This document shows positions 57,106 to 64,000 of a stretch of 64,000 nucleotides of DNA, in pieces; position 1 is the first letter of the stretch, and each line of letters starts with the position of its first letter. Where the stretch lies: positions 124,001 to 188,000 of the IMG/VR virus record IMGVR_UViG_3300032307_000369, one strand, 5' to 3'. Under the pieces are notes generated by a model. That model did no database searches, was not told the DNA's origin, and saw nothing but the letters and a program-made list of their open reading frames with translations. The translations under genes and the position numbers were made by a program.

Positions 57106-57242
57106 TCGTAAACACTTCGTGTTTTATAATTGTTCTTATTATTAAATGAAATAAAACTGTGAGTTATGAAATAACGAACAAGTGAGCGTTAGCTCACTGA
57201 TAGAACATGCTACTGTTATCAACTTTACTACTTAAGGGTAAC

Positions 57243-57461
57243 TCAGATTAAAGGCATACCGGAATCTTTAGTCCATTCCATATTTTCTTTTACGATTTCA
57301 TTGATAGCTTGTTTTTGCTCGTAGGTCAACTGAAATGCCTCATCAGTGGTAAGGCCTCCACGCATGTACCATGCTAACCTGAATGTGTCTTTTTCGATGG
57401 CTTTTGCTTCTTTGTCGAGTCCTGCTGATATCTCAACAATTTCAGGCAGAGTTTTAGACAA
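57243..57461 (-). CDS. gp51-like small ORF; probable -1 frameshift extension of the upstream gene
   Basis: TTG start without an SD; lies in the -1 frame of the upstream gene across AAATTTTTTC. Confidence 0.65.
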   Translation of the reverse strand: MSKTLPEIVEISAGLDKEAKAIEKDTFRLAWYMRGGLTTDEAFQLTYEQKQAINEIVKENMEWTKDSGMPLI

Positions 57462-57466
57462 AAGCC

Positions 57467-58330
57467 TTAGACGAAAAAATTTGAGTAATCAAACTCAAAG
57501 GGCACTTCCATCTGTGCGGGAGCTCCTTGATCCACATACTGCTGTGGAGTCTGTATGGTCATGAAGCGTTTGTTGTTCCTATCGTTAAGTTCTCTAAATG
57601 CTTTAGCCACTACATCAAAAAACTCTTTATCACAATTTTCTAAAAACTCTTTAATTTGTAATGGGTCAGTGGTGTTGCCTTCTGTAGTGTCAATACGCTT
57701 AATTCCGTTTAACATCTGCATGAGAGTAGCATCTGCTAGACGTCCCATGGCGTTTGCTGCCATGTCAATACGCTGTTCTTCACTGAGATCTTCGTTTTGT
57801 ATAATGGCTTGTAGCACACGATTACTGTCAAAACTTAGTAGGCTATAGTCAGTTAATACCTTGTAGGTCACTGGCTCAATGTATATGGTCATATCGTTGT
57901 TGACTTTGACTTCTTCTTCCCAAAAGGTATTTTCCACAATTTGATCTAACAACGGTCTCAAGTCAATTTCAAAAGGTTCTTTTTCATTGGTGCCTGGAAT
58001 ACTCACATCCATGGTCATTTTTTCGCCGTATGTGGCAATGCGTATGGCAATTAATATTGCATCTAAATCTAAACTTGGACACTTCCAAGGATCTAAAATA
58101 TTTGGCACACAGCTTTTAATCACGTCCACAGTGGTACGTCCGTTGAACAATGCATCTGGAGTTCTGATCAACAGCTCGTCTTTAACGGTCAGTCCATATA
58201 CAGGGAACTCTCCGTTAGCTGGTATTTCTAAACTGCCTTCAGGCCAAAAGCGTCCTTGGCTGGGCAATTTAAGAAATAGTTTGGGTCTTCTCATAAAAGA
58301 AGACAGGGGATTTTTACGTGGACTTTCCAT
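57467..58330 (-). CDS. baseplate hub / tail assembly chaperone gp26-like
   Basis: LKLPSQG...TVKDEL...DLDAILIAIRIATYGE...IDL...FF end. Confidence 0.8.
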   Translation of the reverse strand: MESPRKNPLSSFMRRPKLFLKLPSQGRFWPEGSLEIPANGEFPVYGLTVKDELLIRTPDALFNGRTTVDVIKSCVPNILDPWKCPSLDLDAILIAIRIATYGEKMTMDVSIPGTNEKEPFEIDLRPLLDQIVENTFWEEEVKVNNDMTIYIEPVTYKVLTDYSLLSFDSNRVLQAIIQNEDLSEEQRIDMAANAMGRLADATLMQMLNGIKRIDTTEGNTTDPLQIKEFLENCDKEFFDVVAKAFRELNDRNNKRFMTIQTPQQYVDQGAPAQMEVPFEFDYSNFFV

Positions 58331-58341
58331 TTTTTAACTCC

Positions 58342-58368
58342 GATAAATAATATACTGCATTATTTATA
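58342..58368. promoter_or_regulatory. face-to-face late promoters
   Basis: GATAAATA (+, 58342-58349) and TATAAATA (-, 58361-58368). Confidence 0.65.
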
Positions 58369-58392
58369 TGCGTATATTTCTGGGAAAATTAA

Positions 58393-60786
58393 ATGTCTGA
58401 AGTAACTGGTACACTGGGAAGCGAAAGTATTAGACTGCGTGGTATGGCGCTGGAAGAAACACAGCGTGAACTATTGCTGACCTTGCAAAAAATAGCTAAA
58501 ATAGACTCTAAGAGTGTGGGTGGATTCTTTGGAGCAATTGGTGATGCTTCCAAAGATACTAGCGGAAAACTAGGAGTGCTTGGCGGAGCCGTGTCTAAAT
58601 TTAGCGGTGTTGTTGGAGTTATTACTGGTGCTGGCAAAGTATTAGGCAGTATTTTAACTGATCTAACTGGTGGATTTGAAGGAGTGTCGCAACAAATTAG
58701 AACTTCTAGTGGAGCCATAAGAGATCAAACTAACAACTTGCGCATATTAGGATCACGCACTACTGGAGCTACTAGTGCCATTTACAAGTTTGCCGCTGAA
58801 GGGATTGGTCAATTAGAAGAACAATTTGATGTTTACAAGCGACTGAGCAATATTGGCGGGGTAGTTGCAGGGGACTTTGACAATCTAAGAATTAATGCTA
58901 GTACACTAGGCGTTACTATGCAAGAGTACGCTGGATTAATGGAAGAAAACTTCCTTAATTTACGATTAAACGGCACTAGTGCAAGAAATGGCATGAGAGA
59001 TTTGCGTCTATCTGCACAAAGTATGCGTGATAGCGGTGAAGCATTCAACGATCAATTCATGCGATTAGGCATTGGAGCAAATGATTACGGAAAAGTTATA
59101 TTACAAAATTCCATGTTGTTTGGTGGTTTGACTAAAGCACAACAGACTTATGGTTCCATGTTTAATGACAAGATGTTGCAGACTACAAAAACTGTAACTC
59201 AATTGGGAGATGCATTTGGCTTCAACAGAGAAGTCATTATGAAAGCTGCCAACGAAGCATTGCAAGATGCTCGCAATAGAACAATCTTTAATAACATTAG
59301 AGAAGAAGGTAAGCAACAGATGCTATCTCTAATGACTGGCATGTTTGGCGGAGATGCACAAAAAGGCATGCGAGCAACCATTGCGGCTTACACAGGGCGT
59401 TTTGATGAACAAAGTGCCGTGCTTGCTGGCATGGCTCCTGACCTAATGCAAAAAATGAAAGCTCTATCGGCAGCAGTGGCCAAAGGTGTGCCAGTAATGG
59501 ATGCTATCAAACAAGTTGATTTAGGTCCTACGTTCGCAAGGATAGAAAGTCAGTCAAATGATTTAGCACAAGGATTTTTAGATAATGCTGGCGCTCCTGG
59601 TATTGCTGCCAATGCATTGTTAAACTTACAGCAAATGTTTGGCGATATGCCAGCTGTTCAGAAAAGATTAGAAGATTCCACAAACAGTTTGACAAGTCAG
59701 CAAGGTAAGAATTTAGATGCATTAGGCACATTTCAAAGAGAAAATATTAGAATAGCTGTTAGCATGGGTGAAGCAAATAAAGTATTAAACACATTTGGTT
59801 TAGGAGTTGCTCTCAGTTCACAAATTATTACTTCAGCTGTTGGAGAAATTGCAAAAGGTATAGGAAAATTAGGGGATGACGCATTTTTAAAAAGTAATAT
59901 AGATGCTGTTACAAGATTAAAAGAGTTGAATATATCAGCAACAAAAGAAATACGCGAGTTTAGTAAAACAAGCAGTGAAGGAATTGACAAGATAATTGAT
60001 CGTGCTGTGAATAAGTTTAACGAATTGACAGGCGGTACTAATACACAAAGTGGTAATCAAAATCAATCAAGAAATGGATCCCAAGCACAAGGCTCTCCAC
60101 AAACGCCAAATAATGGCAACGCACAACAAGCATCTGCACAGTCTGCACCAGCGGCAAACGCAGGAGCTCCTGCAAGACAAGCATTAGGACCTGCGGCTAA
60201 TGCATTGTTAGGAGCTATTGAAGGTGTTCAAAGAACCAATAGCACTCTTCCAGATACTGAAAAACTTCGTGGTGGTGTAAAATTTGATTACAAGATTAAT
60301 AAAGGTCAAGAAGTATCTAGAGAAGTTGACCAGATTAAAAACTTAATGGCACAGGCTAACTTAAAAGAAGGAACTGATTTTAAGTTGTCTAGTCAGTATG
60401 ATGGTACTACTGGTAAAGTTGGAGTTGAATTTATGTCAACTGAGGCCGCAGATAAATTTGCACAAGTGGCTTCAAAAATTAAAAATCCACCACCGGCACC
60501 TCCTGCACCAACCGCATCCGCTCCAAGACCAGAAACGAGTGCGGTGGTACAACCTAGAGCTGCCACTCCTACTACCAATACTGCTGAAAGACCTGTGCAA
60601 GTATCCACTTCTGCTCAGGAAGCATCACAAAATCAGTTAAATAATAGCAGAACACAAGTGGCTACATTAGGAACAGACTCTGACATGCTTGCTAGATTAA
60701 TTCAGAACGATAATGAAAATACCACAAGAGTTATTGACAAATTAGAATCGTTGACTCAATCTGTTATGAGATCAATACCAGCGTAA
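58393..60786 (+). CDS. tape-measure-like protein (gp29-like)
   Basis: Long helical Ala/Gly/Gln-rich protein adjacent to the gp26-like chaperone. Confidence 0.6.
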   Translation: MSEVTGTLGSESIRLRGMALEETQRELLLTLQKIAKIDSKSVGGFFGAIGDASKDTSGKLGVLGGAVSKFSGVVGVITGAGKVLGSILTDLTGGFEGVSQQIRTSSGAIRDQTNNLRILGSRTTGATSAIYKFAAEGIGQLEEQFDVYKRLSNIGGVVAGDFDNLRINASTLGVTMQEYAGLMEENFLNLRLNGTSARNGMRDLRLSAQSMRDSGEAFNDQFMRLGIGANDYGKVILQNSMLFGGLTKAQQTYGSMFNDKMLQTTKTVTQLGDAFGFNREVIMKAANEALQDARNRTIFNNIREEGKQQMLSLMTGMFGGDAQKGMRATIAAYTGRFDEQSAVLAGMAPDLMQKMKALSAAVAKGVPVMDAIKQVDLGPTFARIESQSNDLAQGFLDNAGAPGIAANALLNLQQMFGDMPAVQKRLEDSTNSLTSQQGKNLDALGTFQRENIRIAVSMGEANKVLNTFGLGVALSSQIITSAVGEIAKGIGKLGDDAFLKSNIDAVTRLKELNISATKEIREFSKTSSEGIDKIIDRAVNKFNELTGGTNTQSGNQNQSRNGSQAQGSPQTPNNGNAQQASAQSAPAANAGAPARQALGPAANALLGAIEGVQRTNSTLPDTEKLRGGVKFDYKINKGQEVSREVDQIKNLMAQANLKEGTDFKLSSQYDGTTGKVGVEFMSTEAADKFAQVASKIKNPPPAPPAPTASAPRPETSAVVQPRAATPTTNTAERPVQVSTSAQEASQNQLNNSRTQVATLGTDSDMLARLIQNDNENTTRVIDKLESLTQSVMRSIPA

Positions 60787-60795
60787 GGATTAAGA

Positions 60796-62532
60796 ATGGC
60801 TTGGAAAAAGTTTTTTACACCAGTTAAAGTTAACAATGATGGAGGCTCAAAGAGTCTTATATCAGGATCGGGCGGTTCAAATTATAACGCATTCAGAAGC
60901 AACTATTCCAGTTTCCTTCCTGATGTATATTCAGGGCATCCAAATAGATTAGAACGATATCAGCAGTATAATACTATGGATGCTGACAGCGAGGTCAATG
61001 CGGCATTAGACATTTTAGCTGAATTTTGCACACAAAAGAACAAGGACAACGGTACTGCGTTCAACATTGATTATAGAGAACAAGCAACAAATACCGAAGT
61101 TAAACTATTAAAGAAATGTTTACAACAGTGGCACAAACTGAATCAATTTGATGTAAGAATTTTTAAAACAATCCGTAATCTTTTTAAGTTTGGTGATTGT
61201 TTCTTTGTACGTGATCCAGAAACTCAAAAATGGGTTTACATTGATCCTAGTAAAGTTGACAAAATTATTGTTAACGAAAGTGAAGGCAAAGAGCCTGAGC
61301 AATATGTTATTCGAGACCTAAACGTTAACTTACAAAGTTTAACAGTAACACAAATCAATCCAAATGCTCCTAATGCAACTCCAGGCAACGCGGCATACGT
61401 TACTGGTGGTGGCTTTCAGCGTGGTATGGTTGGTGGTTACCCTCAACTAACAGGCAGCAGATTCAGTAACAGTCAAGAACAAGTGGCTATTGATGCTAAC
61501 CATGTGATACATTTGAGTCTAAGTGAAGGACTTGACAGTAACTTCCCATTTGGTAATAGCTTGCTTGAAATGTGTTTTAAAGTATACAAGCAAAAAGAAT
61601 TGCTAGAAGATGCGATCATTATCTATCGTGTGATGAGAGCTCCAGAAAGACGTGTGTTCTATGTTGACGTGGGTAACATGCCTAGTCACTTGGCCATGAG
61701 CTTTGTTGAACGTGTTAAAAACGAAGTAAATCAAAGACGTATTCCTAGTGTTACTGGTGGCGGACAAAGTGTTATTGACAGTGGATTTAACCCACTAGCC
61801 ATTAACGAAGATTACTTTTTCCCACAAACTGCTGAAGGTCGTGGCAGTAAAGTTGAAGTACTTCCAGGCGGTAGTAACTTAGGTGAAATTGAAGATTTAC
61901 GCTTCTTTACTAACAAATTATTCCGTGCATTACGTATACCAAGTAGCTACTTGCCTACAGGTCCAGACGATTCAAATGCAAGTTTTAGTGATGGTCGTGT
62001 AGGCACTGCCTACATACAAGAGCTACGTTTTAACTTTTATTGTGAACGTTTACAAAGTTTATTCACAGAAGCATTTGATTTAGAATTTAAATTATATCTC
62101 AAAAACTGCGGAATTAACATTGATCCAAACTTATTTGATTTAAAATTCAATCCTCCACAAAACTTTGCGTCTTATAGACAAGCAGAGATGGATGGACAAC
62201 GTGTTAGCACGTTCCAGGCAGTTGCAGAAGTTCCATATATGAGTAAACGTTTTGCTCTAAAACGCTTCTTAGGTCTCAGTGCAGAAGAAATGCAAGAGAA
62301 CGAAATGCTATGGCGTCAAGAAAACATTGTTGGTAACACTGGCAGTGGACAGAATCCAGGACAAGAAATGCGTGGAGCGGGTATAACTCCAGGCGGTATT
62401 CAAGGTGACTTGGATGAGTTTACTGACAATGAAGGTGACTCAGGAGTACCACCACCAGGTGCAGAACCCACAGGAGAAGCGGGTGGCACAGGCGGAGCAG
62501 GCGCCCCACCAAGTCCTGCACAATCGCAATAA
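60796..62532 (+). CDS. portal protein gp20
   Basis: EDAIIIYRVMRAPERRVFYVDVGNMP, EDYFFP...GRGSKVEVLPGG and LRIPSSYL motifs. Confidence 0.95.
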   Translation: MAWKKFFTPVKVNNDGGSKSLISGSGGSNYNAFRSNYSSFLPDVYSGHPNRLERYQQYNTMDADSEVNAALDILAEFCTQKNKDNGTAFNIDYREQATNTEVKLLKKCLQQWHKLNQFDVRIFKTIRNLFKFGDCFFVRDPETQKWVYIDPSKVDKIIVNESEGKEPEQYVIRDLNVNLQSLTVTQINPNAPNATPGNAAYVTGGGFQRGMVGGYPQLTGSRFSNSQEQVAIDANHVIHLSLSEGLDSNFPFGNSLLEMCFKVYKQKELLEDAIIIYRVMRAPERRVFYVDVGNMPSHLAMSFVERVKNEVNQRRIPSVTGGGQSVIDSGFNPLAINEDYFFPQTAEGRGSKVEVLPGGSNLGEIEDLRFFTNKLFRALRIPSSYLPTGPDDSNASFSDGRVGTAYIQELRFNFYCERLQSLFTEAFDLEFKLYLKNCGINIDPNLFDLKFNPPQNFASYRQAEMDGQRVSTFQAVAEVPYMSKRFALKRFLGLSAEEMQENEMLWRQENIVGNTGSGQNPGQEMRGAGITPGGIQGDLDEFTDNEGDSGVPPPGAEPTGEAGGTGGAGAPPSPAQSQ

Positions 62533-62542
62533 ATACATTACT

Positions 62543-62803
62543 ATGTTCTTACGCGAATTCATTTACTTCAATAAAGATTCACTTGGTCAAGATGACTACG
62601 ATAATCAACCTTTGGAAGACAAAAGGTATAACTCTGATGATGACAAAGATGTTCTTAAATTGTCAGATACAAGAAAAACTAGATTGTCGTTGAAGCAAAT
62701 TAATCAAATGCGCAAGAATCATGAAGCACATGTTTCTGAAATGGCTGAAGAGTCTGAGCTAATACAAGCTCAGTATGCTACTCCAGTTCAGGCTCCTGCT
62801 TAA
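62543..62803 (+). CDS. hypothetical head-region protein
   Basis: ATG 7 nt after ATAAATA; DTRKTRLSLKQIN motif. Confidence 0.7.
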   Translation: MFLREFIYFNKDSLGQDDYDNQPLEDKRYNSDDDKDVLKLSDTRKTRLSLKQINQMRKNHEAHVSEMAEESELIQAQYATPVQAPA

Positions 62804-62932
62804 TAAAATTCTTAACATTTAAATAAAAAATTGTCAAAAAGACGTCTTTTTGGCATATTTTCGCTATATATATTATCTACGCTGTAAATATACTCGACAG
62901 CCTTGCCTATACTATCAAAGGAGAATTTCGCA

Positions 62933-63775
62933 ATGCAAAATAAATTTGAACAATTATTAGATTATCTAATTAACGAAGAAACACAAAAAGCCAACGAACT
63001 GTTTCATCAGATCGTTGTTGAAAAAAGCCGCGGTATCTACGAGAGTTTAATTTCTGAAGAAGAAAAGAAAGAAGACGACGAAGATAACAGCGAAGACAAA
63101 GCTGAAAAAACTGATGAGAATTTTGGTTTTGACAGTGGTGAACAAGTTATTGAAATCGGCGGTGATCCATCAGACGACCTAATGAAGGATGTTGAAATGG
63201 ATGGCGACGATGAAGGTGCAGAAGATGACATGGCCATGGACGCAGAGTTTGGCGATGATTCAGAAATGGGCGGTGACGGTGATGTAGAAGATCGTGTTCA
63301 AGATTTAGAAGACGAACTAGAGTCACTTAAAGCAGAATTTGAAGCTCTTATCGCAGGTGAAGGTTCTGATATGGGATCTGAAGAAGGCGAAGAAGAAGGT
63401 GAAGAAGGCGAAGAAGAAGGTGAAGATGAAGAAGACATGCTTCGCGAATATACAGAACAAGTTGGTGGAAAGCAGTACAACCAATTTGGTAAAATGGGTG
63501 ACGACGGACAGAACACTAAGTCAATCGTTGCTGGAAAGAACGACATGGGTGGCACAGCAAGCAACATTGCACAAGGCGGTGAAGCTAAAGGCGAAGGCAC
63601 AAAAGGTGGTTTATTGAACCCAAGTGCTAAAGAAGAAAATGCTGGCAACATTAATGTTCCAGGCGGCAATGCTGGTAAAACAGCGTTCAAGAAGAAAGAA
63701 CCTGGTCATGGCGCAGAGAAGAAAGGCGCTGGTGAGCAAGCAGGTAATACTAAGAGCCCACTAGGTTCTAAGTAA
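62933..63775 (+). CDS. acidic prohead core/scaffold protein
   Basis: AAGGAG SD; highly acidic; lies between portal and protease; GTAAATA box upstream at 62884. Confidence 0.7.
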   Translation: MQNKFEQLLDYLINEETQKANELFHQIVVEKSRGIYESLISEEEKKEDDEDNSEDKAEKTDENFGFDSGEQVIEIGGDPSDDLMKDVEMDGDDEGAEDDMAMDAEFGDDSEMGGDGDVEDRVQDLEDELESLKAEFEALIAGEGSDMGSEEGEEEGEEGEEEGEDEEDMLREYTEQVGGKQYNQFGKMGDDGQNTKSIVAGKNDMGGTASNIAQGGEAKGEGTKGGLLNPSAKEENAGNINVPGGNAGKTAFKKKEPGHGAEKKGAGEQAGNTKSPLGSK

Positions 63776-63790
63776 TTTTAGGATAAGTTA

Positions 63791-64000
63791 ATGAGCTTTT
63801 TATTGCGCGAAAGTTTGTCGTTTGATCAAGCACGTTGTGTTGTTGAATCAGACGACAAAGACGGCAAGAACCTTTATATGAAGGGGATTTGTATCCAAGG
63901 CGGGATTCGTAATGCGAATCAGCGTGTATATCCTGTTGATCAAATAGGCAACGCTGTCAACACGTTAATTGATCAAATTAAAAACGGATACAGCGTATTA
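63791..64000 (+). CDS. prohead protease gp21 (5' part, truncated)
   Basis: Reads MSFLLRESLSFDQ...LYMKGICIQGGIRNANQRVYP. Confidence 0.88.
   Translation, partial: MSFLLRESLSFDQARCVVESDDKDGKNLYMKGICIQGGIRNANQRVYPVDQIGNAVNTLIDQIKNGYSVL

Noticed and set aside
56749-57242. Group I intron, RNase P RNA, tmRNA, tRNA or CRISPR array
   Set aside because: No interrupted host gene and no recognisable P7 core. GACGGAAGTC only loosely resembles RNase P P4 and lacks its 3' partner. No cloverleaf or repeat-spacer periodicity.
63380-63432. GAAGAAGG tandem repeat
   Set aside because: Simply encodes the Glu/Gly-rich tract of the acidic scaffold protein.
1-64000. Stop-codon reassignment as seen in some large phages
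   Set aside because: Genes, including the 4747-aa ORF, are intact in the standard code, and TAA, TGA and TAG all end genes.

Overview
AT-rich segment of a large T4-like myophage genome, standard genetic code. No tRNA or CRISPR array was seen. Layout: (1) 1-18 kb, + strand: DNA modification and metabolism genes. These include a 7-deazaguanine cluster (TGT/DpdA-like transglycosylase, QueD/DpdL-like T-fold protein, FolE, QueE) interleaved with a glycosyltransferase, a 2OG-Fe(II) oxygenase, a cupin, a purine phosphoribosyltransferase and a HIT hydrolase, followed by RNase H, a MoxR/VWA pair, DHFR and ThyA. (2) 18-51.8 kb, - strand: tail fibres, a 4747-aa virion protein and baseplate genes (gp6, gp25, gp5, gp27-, gp53-, gp48/54-like). 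(3) 51.9-56.7 kb, + strand: late sigma gp55, gp47/gp46, Hc1-like protein, GIY-YIG nuclease. (4) A ~500-bp non-coding region with extensive nested base pairing. (5) gp26/gp51-like ORFs joined by a probable -1 frameshift, then tape-measure-like protein, portal, scaffold and prohead protease. Best leads: a possibly undescribed (glycosylated or oxidised) 7-deazaguanine DNA hypermodification, a candidate ~350-nt structured ncRNA directly after the GIY-YIG gene, a lambda G/GT- or P2 E/E'-type frameshift, and several nested early/late promoter and hairpin switches. All calls come from reading motifs by eye; no searches were run.
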